DNA of 64,000 bases from Anaerolineae bacterium (GCA_026991225.1 JALXCB010000054.1:4277-68276); one strand, 5' to 3'. Shown: positions 18,743 through 29,331, counted from the first letter of the stretch. The notes: generated from the letters alone by a model not told the origin. A program made the numbers and translations.

Positions 18743-20593
18743 ATGCAGCACACAGAAAGCCTTTCCTCTCCCGCCAGTTCGACCCAAACCCGAGCCAGCC
18801 ACAAGACGACCTCGCTGGTGATGCTCATCCTGCTCTGGGTGCTGATCCCGGCGTTGGTGCTGGCGTTCCTGGTGGTGCGCTTCGAATGGACGTATCGGGA
18901 CAAGATTTATCCGGGCGTGCAGGTCATGGGCGTGGATTTGAGCGGCATGACCCGGGATGAAGCCCGTCAGGCGCTGGAGCAGGCGGCCAGGGCGTATGCA
19001 CTGCCCCAGGTGGCTCTGCGCTATGGCGATCAGATATGGCCTTTGAGCCAGGATGATCTGGGCGTGGTCGTGCTGGTGGATGAAAGTCTGAATCAGGCGT
19101 TCGCCCTGGGCCGCAATGGGGATATGACCGAGAATCTCAGCGCCCAATGGCAGGCGTTCTGGCGCGGGGCCGTGTTGGAGCCCACCGTCGAGGTGAACCC
19201 GGGCCGGGTGGAGCAGACCGTGCGGGAGTTGACCGCGTCTCTCAACCATGCCGTCACCGAGTCGCGCGTGAGCCTCAGCGAGTTGCAAGTGGTCATCACC
19301 TCTTCACAACCGGGGCAGGTGGTGGATGTGCCGGCGACGGTGGAGGCCGTGATTCGCCGCGTCGAGAACGGCATGGGCGGCATCGTCGATGTGCAGGTGC
19401 AAAAGATCCCGGCCGCGGGCACGATTCCCATCGCCAGTAAGAAGACCATCGAGGAGACCCTCAGCCAGCCCATCCTCCTGACTGACCCCCGCGGCGAGTT
19501 TCAGTTCTCGCTGGACCCGGCCACCCTGGCCACGCTGGTGACCTGGGTGAATGATGACGAGCAGGTGGGGCAGGTGAAGCCCGAGGTGGACACGGACGCG
19601 CTCGTTTCCATCGTCGAAGATTGGGCCAAACAGGTCTATCGCCCGCCTCTGGACGCGCGCTTCGATTTCGATCCCAAGCGCGGCCAACTCATCGAGCTTT
19701 CGCCCAGCGCCAATGGCTATGAGCTGGACGTGGAGGCGACGGTGGCCGCCATCGAGAACGCCATCCTCACGGGCGAAAAGCAGGTCGAGCTGCCCGTGCG
19801 CCTGGTCAAGCCCGACGTGGCCTCGGAGGATGCACCCAGTTTCGGCATCAAGGAGCTGGTCGCCCGCGGCACGACCAAATTCGCCGGGTCGAGCAAGGCG
19901 CGGGTGAAGAATATCGAGGTGGCCGCGTCGAAGTTCGTGGGCGTAGTCATTCCGCCCGGCGGCGTGTTCTCCTTCAACAAATATGTGGGCGATGTGACCG
20001 CGGCCAACGGGTTCGAGGATTCTTTGATCATCGCCGGTGACCGCACCGCGGTGGGGGTGGGCGGCGGCGTCTGCCAGGTGAGCACGACCGTGTTCCGGGC
20101 CTCCTTCTTCGGCGGCTTCCCCACGGTGGAGCGCTGGGCCCACGGCTATGTGGTAAGTTGGTACGGCAAGCCGGGCATCGACGCCACGGTCTACACGCCC
20201 AAAGTCGATTTCAAGTTCAAGAACACCACGGACGCCTATCTGCTGATCAAGCCCATCGTGGACACGAAGAAGGGGATTCTCATCTTCGAGTTTTATGGCA
20301 CGAAGCCCGGTTGGAAGGTGGAGGTGGGCGAGCCTCAGTATTCCAACCGCCAACCTCCGCCCCCGCCCCTTTATATCGAAGACCCGACCATGCCGCCGGG
20401 CAAGGTGGTGCAGTTCGATTGGGCTGTCGAGGGTCTGGACGCGAAAGTGCCGCGCAAGGTGTGGGACAAGGACGGCAATCTGCTCATCGACGAGGTGCTG
20501 GTGAGCAAGTACAAGCCCTGGCAGGCGAAATTTCGTTTCGGGCCCGGCTACACCCCGCCCGCGGGCGCCCAGGTGAAGTGGGCGAATCCGTAG
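18743..20593 (+). CDS. VanW family protein with N-terminal TM helix and peptidoglycan-binding repeats
   Basis: GGGVCQVSTTVFRA and ERWAH...DATVY...DFKFKN motifs; alternative start TTG 18677. Confidence 0.9.
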   Translation: MQHTESLSSPASSTQTRASHKTTSLVMLILLWVLIPALVLAFLVVRFEWTYRDKIYPGVQVMGVDLSGMTRDEARQALEQAARAYALPQVALRYGDQIWPLSQDDLGVVVLVDESLNQAFALGRNGDMTENLSAQWQAFWRGAVLEPTVEVNPGRVEQTVRELTASLNHAVTESRVSLSELQVVITSSQPGQVVDVPATVEAVIRRVENGMGGIVDVQVQKIPAAGTIPIASKKTIEETLSQPILLTDPRGEFQFSLDPATLATLVTWVNDDEQVGQVKPEVDTDALVSIVEDWAKQVYRPPLDARFDFDPKRGQLIELSPSANGYELDVEATVAAIENAILTGEKQVELPVRLVKPDVASEDAPSFGIKELVARGTTKFAGSSKARVKNIEVAASKFVGVVIPPGGVFSFNKYVGDVTAANGFEDSLIIAGDRTAVGVGGGVCQVSTTVFRASFFGGFPTVERWAHGYVVSWYGKPGIDATVYTPKVDFKFKNTTDAYLLIKPIVDTKKGILIFEFYGTKPGWKVEVGEPQYSNRQPPPPPLYIEDPTMPPGKVVQFDWAVEGLDAKVPRKVWDKDGNLLIDEVLVSKYKPWQAKFRFGPGYTPPAGAQVKWANP

Positions 20594-20596
20594 GGA

Positions 20597-21448
20597 CTAT
20601 TTCTCCACCAGGCTGCGCAGGACGGCCAGATTCTCCACGTCCTCGTGCATGTCCTTGCTCTTGGGCGTCTCCAGAATCATGGGCACATGCTCGAAGCGGG
20701 GGTCGTTGATGATGTGGCGGAAGCCGTCCAGCCCAATGAACCCCTTGCCGATGTGCTCGTGCCGGTCCTTGCGGGAGCCGAGATCGAATTTGCTGTCGTT
20801 GAAGTGGAAGCATTTGAGCAGGTCCAGGCCGATGGTCTGGTCGAAGGCGTCCATGGTCTGGGCGTAGCCCTCGGGCGTGCGGATTTCGTAGCCCGCGGCG
20901 AAGACGTGGCAGGTGTCGAAGCAGACCGCGATGCGCTCGGGGTCGGACGCGGCGGCCCGCATCGCGGTCAGTTGCTCGAAGCGATAGCCCAGATGCTTGC
21001 CCGTGCCCGCGGTGGTCTCCAGCAGGGTCAAAGCCTCGAAGCCCGCGGTGCGCTGGTGGCAGATATCCAGGGCGCGGGCGATGCGTTCGATGCCGTAGGC
21101 TTCGCCGTCCTCTTTGGGAGAGCCGGGATGGAGGACGACGCCCAGCAGGCCCAGGGCCTCGGCCCGCTCCAACTCGTCCACGAACGCATCGATGGATTTC
21201 TCCCACAACGCGTCATCGGAAGAGGCCAGGTTGATGAGATAGGAGGCGTGGGAGACTACGGGCCGCACCGGGCTTTGCTGCCAGCGCTCGTGCCAGCGCT
21301 GGATTTCCCTGGGATCGAGGGGCTTGGTGGCCCAGCGGTTGTTGTTGCGAGTGAAGATCTGCATGGTGTCGCAGCCGACGTCTTCGGCCCGTTGAAAGGC
21401 CTTGCTGACGCCGCCGGCGGTGCTGACATGCGCGCCGAATCGTGGCAT
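20597..21448 (-). CDS. nfo: Endonuclease IV
   Basis: GAHVS, HASYLINL, DTCH, NDSK, DRHEHIG and ILETP motifs. Confidence 0.97.
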   Translation of the reverse strand: MPRFGAHVSTAGGVSKAFQRAEDVGCDTMQIFTRNNNRWATKPLDPREIQRWHERWQQSPVRPVVSHASYLINLASSDDALWEKSIDAFVDELERAEALGLLGVVLHPGSPKEDGEAYGIERIARALDICHQRTAGFEALTLLETTAGTGKHLGYRFEQLTAMRAAASDPERIAVCFDTCHVFAAGYEIRTPEGYAQTMDAFDQTIGLDLLKCFHFNDSKFDLGSRKDRHEHIGKGFIGLDGFRHIINDPRFEHVPMILETPKSKDMHEDVENLAVLRSLVEK

Positions 21449-21485
21449 GGGGGTTCTCCGAGGGAGTGAGTTTGATTATTGGAAG

Positions 21486-21636
21486 GGTTTTGCTAACGTA
21501 GCCCTGTTGACTCAACACGGATACGAGAAAACACGGATAAAATCTTTTGAAAGCTTTTGAAAGACTTCGTGCCTTTGTGTCCTTCGCGTCTTCGTGGCAA
21601 AAGTGGGATGGTTGGGCCAACACCGCTGATAGTTAT
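21486..21636. mobile_element. Decayed inverted copy of MITE subtype A
   Basis: Reverse complement aligns by eye with 18365-18508; ends eroded and no TSD. Confidence 0.7.
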
Positions 21637-21663
21637 GACTCTGGCGGGCGGACCCTGTGGCCG

Positions 21664-22107
21664 TTAACGAACCACGCCCACGCCCAGTTCATAGACCAAT
21701 CGCCCGCCCTGATGCCCGGACAGGGCCAGGATCAATGCGGCGAGGATGAGCAGGCCGAACCAGGCCCACAGTTTGCTCCCCGCCAGCGCGTCCTTCTTGT
21801 TCCAGACGACGTACAGATAGAGGGCGATGCCGTAGACCACCCACATGGCGATCATGCCCGTGGTGTGGATGTTGGCAAGCTGGTTTTCGGGCGAGTCGGG
21901 GGGCAGGGCGCTCTTGTCGATGAGCCCGGTGATGAGGGCCGGGATGACCAGCGCCCACCCGGCCAACAGGGCGTAGAGGCCCCATTGTTCGCCCGCGGGC
22001 CTGGGCCAGAGGCGAAAGAGAATAACGGCGAAGGTTCCGGCCAGCAGGAGGGCGATGGGGAAGTGAACCAGGCTGGGATGGAGGGGGATGGCGCTGAATT
22101 CGAACAT
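21664..22107 (-). CDS. DUF2231 membrane protein
   Basis: PLHPSLVHFPIALL and GHQGGRLVY motifs. Confidence 0.85.
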   Translation of the reverse strand: MFEFSAIPLHPSLVHFPIALLLAGTFAVILFRLWPRPAGEQWGLYALLAGWALVIPALITGLIDKSALPPDSPENQLANIHTTGMIAMWVVYGIALYLYVVWNKKDALAGSKLWAWFGLLILAALILALSGHQGGRLVYELGVGVVR

Positions 22108-22285
22108 GCCTATCTCCGATTGTCGTAGTGGGAGGGATGACTCGATGGCAATTATAGCAGTGATCTGGAGGGATTGCACACCCCTTTTTTGGAAAGCGGT
22201 GAGGATTTTGGAAATCCCCGCCTTTGTGCTAGTATTTGATATCTTTCACACAAACCATCCCGATTTTGAACATGAGCATTGGCGC

Positions 22286-22837
22286 ATGCTTGCTATCGAA
22301 CGACGCGAATATATTCTGAACCGCTTGCGCAAGGAAGGCCGCGTGCAGGTGCGGGAGCTCAGTCAGGAGCTGGGCGTGTCGCACATGACCATCCATCGCG
22401 ACCTGGACTATCTGTCGACGCAGGATGACCGGGTGAAGAAGGTGTTTGGGGGCGCGATCATGGAGCGGCCCTATCCGCCCGAGGTCGGAAAGTGCGCGAT
22501 GTGCGGCAAGCCCGTGCCCACGCGCACGGCCATCTCCCTGCAAACGTTCTCGGGCGAGCGTCTGGAGGCGTGCTGTGCCCACTGCGGGCTGTTGTTGCTG
22601 GAAACGCGGGACGATATTGTCTCGGGCATGGCCACCGACTACATTCTCGAACGGGTGGTCAATCTCAAAGCAGCGGTGTTCCTGATCGAATCGGACGTGG
22701 TGGTGTGTTGCTCTCCTTCGGTTCTGTGTTTTGGGGATGAGGAGCACGCCCGTCGCTTCCAACAGGGCTTTGGCGGTGAGATCGCCGACCTGGACGAAGC
22801 CAAGAAACAGGTTGTCTTTCATATGACGCTTTCATGA
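22286..22837 (+). CDS. DeoR-HTH plus NosL-like copper-responsive regulator (YcnK-like)
   Basis: VSHMTIHRDL HTH followed by CAMCG, ACCAHCG, CCSPS and FQQGFGG. Confidence 0.85.
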   Translation: MLAIERREYILNRLRKEGRVQVRELSQELGVSHMTIHRDLDYLSTQDDRVKKVFGGAIMERPYPPEVGKCAMCGKPVPTRTAISLQTFSGERLEACCAHCGLLLLETRDDIVSGMATDYILERVVNLKAAVFLIESDVVVCCSPSVLCFGDEEHARRFQQGFGGEIADLDEAKKQVVFHMTLS

Positions 22838-22881
22838 TCCACCATCATTCCTATCCTCCATCCATCAAAGGAGACATTCCG

Positions 22882-23346
22882 ATGAATTCGTCAGCCAAGC
22901 GTTTTCTCATCATCCTGTTGATTATGGCATTGTTCGCCGTCACTCTGGCGGCTTGTGGCGGCGGTCAAGGCCCGAAAATCGAGATCAAAGACCCCTGGGC
23001 CCGACCCTCGCCCAAAATGGCCACCAGCGGCGCCGCCTACATGATCATCGAGAACAAAGGCAACGAGGATGACGCGCTCATTGGCGTCGAGGGTGACGTC
23101 AGCGATGCGATTGAGATCCATGAAATGGTCGTGGACGAGAACAATGTCATGCACATGAAGCCGGTGGAGGGTCAGCGGCTGGTGATCCCTGCCAAAGGCA
23201 AGGTGGAATTGAAGCCGGGCGGGTATCATATCATGCTCATCGGCCTGAAGCATCAGTTGCAGGAGGGCGAAGTGGTCGATCTCACCCTCAAGTTCGAGAA
23301 GTCGGGCGAGATGAAGGTGCAGGCGCCGGTGAAGATGGCGAAGTGA
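22882..23346 (+). CDS. Copper chaperone PCu(A)C lipoprotein
   Basis: LAAC lipobox; EIHEM...M...LKPGGYHIML motif. Confidence 0.92.
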   Translation: MNSSAKRFLIILLIMALFAVTLAACGGGQGPKIEIKDPWARPSPKMATSGAAYMIIENKGNEDDALIGVEGDVSDAIEIHEMVVDENNVMHMKPVEGQRLVIPAKGKVELKPGGYHIMLIGLKHQLQEGEVVDLTLKFEKSGEMKVQAPVKMAK

Positions 23347-23376
23347 GGCCCGTTTCGACGTTCAGCAATCCAGGTC

Positions 23377-23398
23377 GGCCGTCGCGCCGGCCTTTTTT
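23377..23398 (+). terminator. Intrinsic terminator
   Basis: GGCCG-loop-CGGCC followed by T6. Confidence 0.6.
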
Positions 23399-23404
23399 GT
23401 TCTG

Positions 23405-23545
23405 TAAACCGCATTGGCGTCGTTTGTGAAAGGTTCGCGAGGCTAATGTTGGGAAGGTCTGCAATCGACATGATGCGTAATTCGTAATCCGTAAAGTCGT
23501 TACGCAATACGCATTATGAAATCGGCCTTCCGCGCCAACTTTATC
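23405..23545 (+). repeat. Degenerate scaffold repeat element, heptamer cargo
   Basis: CGTAAT arrays facing TACGCA arrays, followed by CCTTCCGCG. Confidence 0.65.
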
Positions 23546-23612
23546 CAACAGATGCCGTCCGAACAGGATACCGTTTTTTCGGGAGAGCGCCCCGCGCGAG
23601 TACAATAGTTTC

Positions 23613-24401
23613 ATGGCCTATCTCACCACGCCCTTCAAACGCCGCTGGATTCTCTCCACCATCCTCGTCATCATCGCCTCGCTGGTCATGGTGCGGTTGG
23701 GTTTTTGGCAGCTCGACCGGCACGCCCTGCGCATGGCCTACATCAACGCGGTCATCGCCGAGGTGGAGGACGCGCCCTTCACGCTCACCGGCGGGCCCGA
23801 GGACAACGCCTACGCGGAGCGCATCTATCATCAGGCCGAGGCCCGCGGGCGGTTCGATTTCGACCATCAGGTCATCATCAAAAACCAGTTCTACAATGAC
23901 GCACTGGGCTATGACCTGGTGACGCCCTTTTTGATTGAAGGCAGCGATCGGGCGGTGCTGGTGGATCGGGGCTGGGTTCCGCCCGAGGAGGTGCAGTCGG
24001 CCGAGGACGCCCGCAAGTTCGACGAGCCCGATCTCACCCATATCGTGGGCCGCATCATGCCCCAGGAAAAGCACCGGGGCGAGTTGCCCAGCCCGGATAA
24101 TTCCCAGCTCATGTGGTATCGGGTGGATGTGGAAGGCATTGGGGCGCAGACGCCCTATGAGGTCCTGCCCTACGCGGTGGCGTTGATCCCGCCCGAGGAG
24201 CCCCAGAACGAGCCGCCCTACCGCAATCCCCCAAAATTCAAGCTGGACCCGGGCCCGCACATGGGCTACGCCATCCAATGGTTCCTCTTCGCCGCCATCG
24301 TGCCGCTGGTCTACGCCTGGCAGGTGGTGCGGGTGGATCGGAAGGAGCGGGAGGAAGCGTCTGACTCCTCGGAGGAGGCGTCGGACGACGGGGACGCCTA
24401 G
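23613..24401 (+). CDS. SURF1 family protein (heme-copper oxidase assembly)
   Basis: LGFWQLDR, VLVDRGWVP and HMGYAIQWF motifs. Confidence 0.93.
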   Translation: MAYLTTPFKRRWILSTILVIIASLVMVRLGFWQLDRHALRMAYINAVIAEVEDAPFTLTGGPEDNAYAERIYHQAEARGRFDFDHQVIIKNQFYNDALGYDLVTPFLIEGSDRAVLVDRGWVPPEEVQSAEDARKFDEPDLTHIVGRIMPQEKHRGELPSPDNSQLMWYRVDVEGIGAQTPYEVLPYAVALIPPEEPQNEPPYRNPPKFKLDPGPHMGYAIQWFLFAAIVPLVYAWQVVRVDRKEREEASDSSEEASDDGDA

Positions 24402-24629
24402 AGCCTGTTATGAACTTCCCGCCGTTTGCACGCGGTGTGTCGTATCGTGTGTGGCTTAATTCGCCGCGGATGACGCTGATGCGACAGATCACACGGATTT
24501 TCACTGAAAAAGATGGCGTCCCATTGAAAAATCCGCGAAAATCCGTTGCATCCGGGTTATCCGCGGCGAGTTCCAACCCCCGATGCGATGATACTGAGCT
24601 TTGACGAAGCCAAAGTGCATAACAGGCGC
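24401..24629. mobile_element. Putative 229-bp MITE with inverted nonamer cargo
   Basis: TIR GAGCCTGTTATGAACTT / AAGTGCATAACAGGCGC (15/17 match); left end completes the SURF1 TAG. Confidence 0.65.
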
Positions 24630-24688
24630 CACGCGCGGTGGCGCGCCGATACCGATGGAAATGAGAACGCAGATGACATAGATGCAAC

Positions 24689-24769
24689 GTAACTGCTAAC
24701 GTACCAGTTAACAAACCACAAAGGCCACAAAGGTACTAAGAACACAAAGAAGAAAATGTATAAATCTCC
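24689..24769. mobile_element. Truncated GTAAC-family MITE (subtype B)
   Basis: GTAACTGCTAACGTACC..GTTAACAAACCACAAAG matches the start of 47537-47678. Confidence 0.75.
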
Positions 24770-24819
24770 ATCCTGATCCGGATCCCAATCCAAATCCTCA
24801 CTCCAACCAGGAGGACCCC

Positions 24820-26067
24820 ATGTCCACCCAAGCCATGCTCACTGACACCGAACGCGCTTTGCAAGAAGAGGTCGCGGATTTCGTGGCGTCTGTGCCGCGG
24901 GATTTGCTCGTGGCCATGGACGCGGATGAGGTGCAGTACCCGCGCGAGTTCATCCAGGAGGCCGGGCGCAGGAATCTGCTGGGGCTACGCTTCGACCGGG
25001 TCTGGGGCGGCCGCGGCCTGCCCTGGACCGCGGAACTGGTCGCCCTGGAGGAGGTGGGCGTGCTGGGCACAGCCCTGGCCTGCCTCTATTCCCTGGTCTC
25101 CATCGTGGGCGAGGCCATCCATGTCTTCGGCACGGAAGAACAGAAGGAGCGCTTCCTCAAGCCCATGATCGCGGGGGAGCTCACCGTGGCCGAGGGCCTG
25201 ACCGAGCCGCGCGGGGGCTCCGATTTCTTCGGGGCCACGACCAAGGCCCGCCGCGAGGGCGACGTGTTCTATCTCACGGGCCAGAAGCGCTTCGTGGTGG
25301 GCGCAGAGGGCGCGGACCTGATCCTGGTCTACGGCAAGGTCGAGGGCATCGAGGACCCCAAGCGGGCCATGACCGTGTTCCTGGTGGAGCGGGACGACAC
25401 GGTGAAGGTGGAGCATGTGTATGGGCTGATGGGCACGCGCGGGGGCGGCACGGGCCGCATCGTGTTCCGCAACACGCCCGTGCCCGTGGCAAACGTGCTG
25501 GGCGGCGAAGCGGGCGTGGGCGCGGGCGCGGCCGTGTTCAACCAGATGATGATCCCTGAGCGCATGACCTCGGCCGGGGGCGCGGTGGGCATGGGCCGAG
25601 CCGCCATCGAGATCGCGGCCCGCTATGCGGACAAGCGCAAGGCCTTTGGCCGCAAGATCCGCCGTTTCGAGGGCGTCAATTTCAAGATCGCGGAGAGCCT
25701 CACCCTGCTGGACGCGGCCCGGGCGTTGAATCACGCGGTGGGCGTGGCCATCGATGCGGGCGAAGACCCAGGCAAAGTGCGGCGGCTGGTCTCAGAAGCC
25801 AAGAAATTCAGCACCGACAGCGCCTTGGAGGTGGTCAATCATGCCATGCAGATTTTGGGCGGCATCGGCTACACCAACGTTTTCCCCGTGGAGCGCCTGC
25901 TGCGGGATGTGCGGCTCATCACCATCTGGACGGGCACCAACGAGATCATGAACCTGGTCATCCAGCACGAGTATTACAAGGAGATGGGGGCGAAGCCCCT
26001 ACGCGGGCGCGACGTGGAGATGGACGCCGCGGGCGCATTCTTCGAGGAGGAAAAAGTTTACGAGTAA
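24820..26067 (+). CDS. Acyl-CoA dehydrogenase family protein
   Basis: LTEPRGGSD and QILGGIGY...ERLLRD motifs; IWTGTNEI where most members have YEGT. Confidence 0.9.
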   Translation: MSTQAMLTDTERALQEEVADFVASVPRDLLVAMDADEVQYPREFIQEAGRRNLLGLRFDRVWGGRGLPWTAELVALEEVGVLGTALACLYSLVSIVGEAIHVFGTEEQKERFLKPMIAGELTVAEGLTEPRGGSDFFGATTKARREGDVFYLTGQKRFVVGAEGADLILVYGKVEGIEDPKRAMTVFLVERDDTVKVEHVYGLMGTRGGGTGRIVFRNTPVPVANVLGGEAGVGAGAAVFNQMMIPERMTSAGGAVGMGRAAIEIAARYADKRKAFGRKIRRFEGVNFKIAESLTLLDAARALNHAVGVAIDAGEDPGKVRRLVSEAKKFSTDSALEVVNHAMQILGGIGYTNVFPVERLLRDVRLITIWTGTNEIMNLVIQHEYYKEMGAKPLRGRDVEMDAAGAFFEEEKVYE

Positions 26068-26085
26068 GCTTTCGGAAAACGCTGA

Positions 26086-26222
26086 GCAGGCGGCCCGAGC
26101 CACAGATCGTCGATACCGACGAAAAAGTAGCCCGGCCACCCGGTAAACCAGGAACCAGGGAAACCGGGCCGCATCGCTCACCGTCCCGGTCTACAAGTCT
26201 ACTGGTTTCCCGGTTTTCCGGC
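26086..26222 (-). repeat. Scaffold repeat element with octamer cargo
   Basis: AGCAGGCG...GATACCGACGAAAA end followed by inverted AAACCAGG/CTGGTTTC arrays. Confidence 0.7.
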
Positions 26223-27065
26223 TCAATACGCCTCGCGCACGATGACGCCCAACACGTTGGAGCCCAGGAAGGTGGCCAGGGTGGCGTCGGGCACGTCGGT
26301 GAAGATGGGCGCGTGGGGGAATTTCTCCCGCAGGCGCTCCATCAGCGCCGTCGCGATCTGCACGTTGTTGTGCTGCAACAGCGCCAGTTCTTCCAGATAG
26401 GCGAACTCGCTGATGTATTCGTAAAGCTTTTCCACTGCGTCCAGGGCGTCGCGGGCCTTGTCCATAACCAGCAGATCGCCATCCCGCGTCTCCACCAACG
26501 CCCGAATGCCCAGCATCGATCCCAAAAACGCCTGGGATTTGCGCAGCCGCCCGTCCCGCTCCAGGTAATGCAGATCACTGGTGAGGAAAGCCAGGAAGAT
26601 GGCGGGGATCATGCCCCGGATCTCCCGTCCGATGGCCTGGGCGCTCTCGCCCGCCTGAGCCATCTCCGCCGCCCGCAGCACGATCATCCCCAGCCCCCGG
26701 CTCAGGGTCTCGCTGTCGATGACGGTAATGCGGGTGTGGCTGCGCAGGGTGCTGGCCGCGGTGTGGGCCACGTCCACCACCTTATTCAACTTGCGCGAGG
26801 TGTGGATGGAGATGATGTGGTCGGTTTCCTTGCTCAGTTCGTAGTAGAGGTCGATGACTTCTTGCAGCAAGGGCGGCTCCGAGGTGGGCAGCGTCTTCAC
26901 GCTTTGTAGCCGTCTGAAATACTCCTCATAGGAGAGATCGGTGAATTCCTTGTAGACCTTTCGCCCCATGCGCACCCGCAAGGGGATGATGGTGATGCCG
27001 TAGCGCTCGATTTCTTCGGGCGTGAGATGGGCGCTGCTGTCGGTGACAATGCGGATATGGCTCAT
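26223..27065 (-). CDS. DegV/FakB fatty-acid-binding protein
   Basis: IVTDSSAHL, PTSEP, VIDS and LERDGR motifs. Confidence 0.92.
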   Translation of the reverse strand: MSHIRIVTDSSAHLTPEEIERYGITIIPLRVRMGRKVYKEFTDLSYEEYFRRLQSVKTLPTSEPPLLQEVIDLYYELSKETDHIISIHTSRKLNKVVDVAHTAASTLRSHTRITVIDSETLSRGLGMIVLRAAEMAQAGESAQAIGREIRGMIPAIFLAFLTSDLHYLERDGRLRKSQAFLGSMLGIRALVETRDGDLLVMDKARDALDAVEKLYEYISEFAYLEELALLQHNNVQIATALMERLREKFPHAPIFTDVPDATLATFLGSNVLGVIVREAY

Positions 27066-27139
27066 GATGGCTCTCTGACGTGAGGTTTGATGAAAGGATG
27101 ACACTCCATTATACACCATTTTCCGCCGCTTGTGGGCGT

Positions 27140-28813
27140 TTATTCCACCGAAATGATGAGATGGTAATGGGGCTGCCCTCCGGCGACGACCTCGACCTCC
27201 ACGTCGGGATGGCGGGCCTCGATGGCCTGCGCCAGCGCCCGCGCATCCGCCTCCGCCATGGGCTGGCCGACATAAACCGTGACCATCTCGTAATCCCCTT
27301 CCGCCAGGAACGCATCCAACGCCTGCAAGGCCGTCTGACCGGGATCATCGCCCGTGCAGCATAACCGCCCATCCGCCAGGGCGATGATAGCCCCCTTCTG
27401 CACCTGAACGCCGTCGATGGCGGCGTCGCGCACGGCCTCGGTCACCTCGATGGTGTGGACGTCGGCCAGGGCCCGACGCATGGCCTCAGCGTTCTCCTCG
27501 GCGCTGGCCTGGGGGCGATAGGCGAACAGGACGGCGACGCCCTGGGGCAGGGTGCGGCTTTCCACCACGTAAACCGCTTTGTCCGATAATTCGGCGGCCT
27601 GTCGCGCGGCCATGAGGATATTTTTGTTGTTGGGCAGGAGAATGACCTCAGGCTCGGGCACGCGGGCGATGGCCTGGAGGAGTTCGTCGGTGGAGGGGTT
27701 CATGGTCTGACCGCCCGCGACGATGTGGCACGCACCCAGGCTGCGGAACACCTCAGCGAAGCCCTCGCCCGCCGTCACCGCCACCACGGGAATGCAGAAA
27801 TCCTCCGTCCTGGCGGACGCAACGGGCCCTGCGCCCCGCTCCGGGCCCTCCTCCGTCCAGATCCCTTTACGCCGCAGGGTTTGCAGGGTCATATTCTCCA
27901 CCACGACGTCGTCCAGCAGCCCCAGGGACGCGCCATAGGCCAGGAAGGGGCCGGGGTTCTCGCCGTGGACGTGCACCTTGGTCACCCGGCCCGAACGCCC
28001 GACCACGATGCTCTCTCCGCCCAGGTCGATAAGCCGCCGCCGGATGGCCTCCTCGCCGGGCTGAGCATCGTAAATCAGAAACTGGATATCGTAACCCCAC
28101 TCGTCGGGCAGAGCTTCCAGACGGGGTTGCGCCGCGGGCGCGGACGATGCAGACGGCATGGCTTCGCCCGTCACTGCGTGAGTCACGCCTTCCAGCAGAT
28201 ACACCAGCCCCGCGCCGCCCGCGTCCACCACGCCCGCTTCCTGGAGGATGGGGAGCATCTCGGGCGTCTGGGCCAGGGCCTCGCGGGCCTTGCTGAGGCT
28301 GGTCGTCAGCAAAAAGCCGATATCATCGCTGAGCGCGGCCGCGTGCTCGCTGGCGTCGGCCATGGCCCGGATGATGGTGAGAATGGTGCCCTCCACCGGC
28401 TGCATCACGCCCTGATACGCCGCCCGCTGGCCCTGGCGGAAGGCGTGCGCCAGGGCGTTCGCGTCCCATGCCGGGAGGCCGCCTGCCGCGTCCGCCATGC
28501 CGCGGAAGATCTGGGAGAGGATGACGCCGCTGTTGCCTCGGGCCCCGCGGATGGCGCCATGCGCTGCAGCCCGCATGATCTCGCCCGCATGGTCACTTTC
28601 CAAACCCTCGATTTCCTTCCAGGCCGCCTGCATGGTCAGCGTCATATTGGTCCCGGTGTCGCCATCGGGCACGGGGAACACGTTCAGAGCGTTGACCTCC
28701 TCCCGATGCGCCCGTAGACTCTCCAGCGCCGCCCGCAGCATCGCCTTCCATTCTGCGCCCTGAATCGCATTCGACGTCACAGTAGATTCCGGCTCGGCCT
28801 TTTGTAGGATCAT
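27140..28813 (-). CDS. fakA: DAK2-domain fatty acid kinase (FakA/YloV)
   Basis: LNVFPVPDGDTGTNM, ARGNSGVILSQ and GGQTMNPST motifs. Confidence 0.93.
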   Translation of the reverse strand: MILQKAEPESTVTSNAIQGAEWKAMLRAALESLRAHREEVNALNVFPVPDGDTGTNMTLTMQAAWKEIEGLESDHAGEIMRAAAHGAIRGARGNSGVILSQIFRGMADAAGGLPAWDANALAHAFRQGQRAAYQGVMQPVEGTILTIIRAMADASEHAAALSDDIGFLLTTSLSKAREALAQTPEMLPILQEAGVVDAGGAGLVYLLEGVTHAVTGEAMPSASSAPAAQPRLEALPDEWGYDIQFLIYDAQPGEEAIRRRLIDLGGESIVVGRSGRVTKVHVHGENPGPFLAYGASLGLLDDVVVENMTLQTLRRKGIWTEEGPERGAGPVASARTEDFCIPVVAVTAGEGFAEVFRSLGACHIVAGGQTMNPSTDELLQAIARVPEPEVILLPNNKNILMAARQAAELSDKAVYVVESRTLPQGVAVLFAYRPQASAEENAEAMRRALADVHTIEVTEAVRDAAIDGVQVQKGAIIALADGRLCCTGDDPGQTALQALDAFLAEGDYEMVTVYVGQPMAEADARALAQAIEARHPDVEVEVVAGGQPHYHLIISVE

Positions 28814-28895
28814 CGTGGATGAAATTTGCGAAAAAGCGAGGGTTATGCTAATCTATTGGTTGCGCCCCGAAAGGGGGCTTTTTCTTGCCATCCTG

Positions 28896-29048
28896 GCGCC
28901 TGCTAACGCACGCCACTTTAGGCCGCAAAAAGCCACGAACGTTCGAAGTTTTACGAAGACACGAAGGAAAAAATAAAGGAAAAGGCTTCGCGCCTTCGTT
29001 CTCTTCGTGTCTTCGTGGCAAAAAAGGTGGCGCGGCTTCAACTGCTAC
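28896..29048. mobile_element. Decayed GTAAC-family MITE (subtype C)
   Basis: Internal sequence aligns with 53788-53941; ends eroded. Confidence 0.75.
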
Positions 29049-29092
29049 AAACTGATTACTGCACACTGATTACTGAATCCGGAGAGTTCATC

Positions 29093-29275
29093 ATGGCCAA
29101 GTGCGAAATTTGCGGACGCGGTCCTCAATTCGGCAACCATGTCAGCTTCTCGCAGCGCCACGTCAAGCGCCGCTTCAACGCCAACGTGCAAAAGCGTAAG
29201 GTGCTCATCAACGGGAAGATGCGTCGGGTGCACATCTGCACCAGTTGTCTGAAGACCCTGTCCAAGACCGCATGA
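29093..29275 (+). CDS. rpmB: 50S ribosomal protein L28 (Zn-binding form)
   Basis: MAKCEICGRGPQFGNHVSFS...CTSCLK. Confidence 0.97.
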   Translation: MAKCEICGRGPQFGNHVSFSQRHVKRRFNANVQKRKVLINGKMRRVHICTSCLKTLSKTA

Positions 29276-29280
29276 AGCAG

Positions 29281-29317
29281 TCGCCAATTCCGACCAGGGA
29301 TTGGCGATTTTGCTTTG
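29281..29317 (+). terminator. Intrinsic terminator after rpmB
   Basis: TCGCCAAT...ATTGGCGA stem followed by a T-rich tail. Confidence 0.7.
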
Positions 29318-29331
29318 GGGGCCCGTTTATT

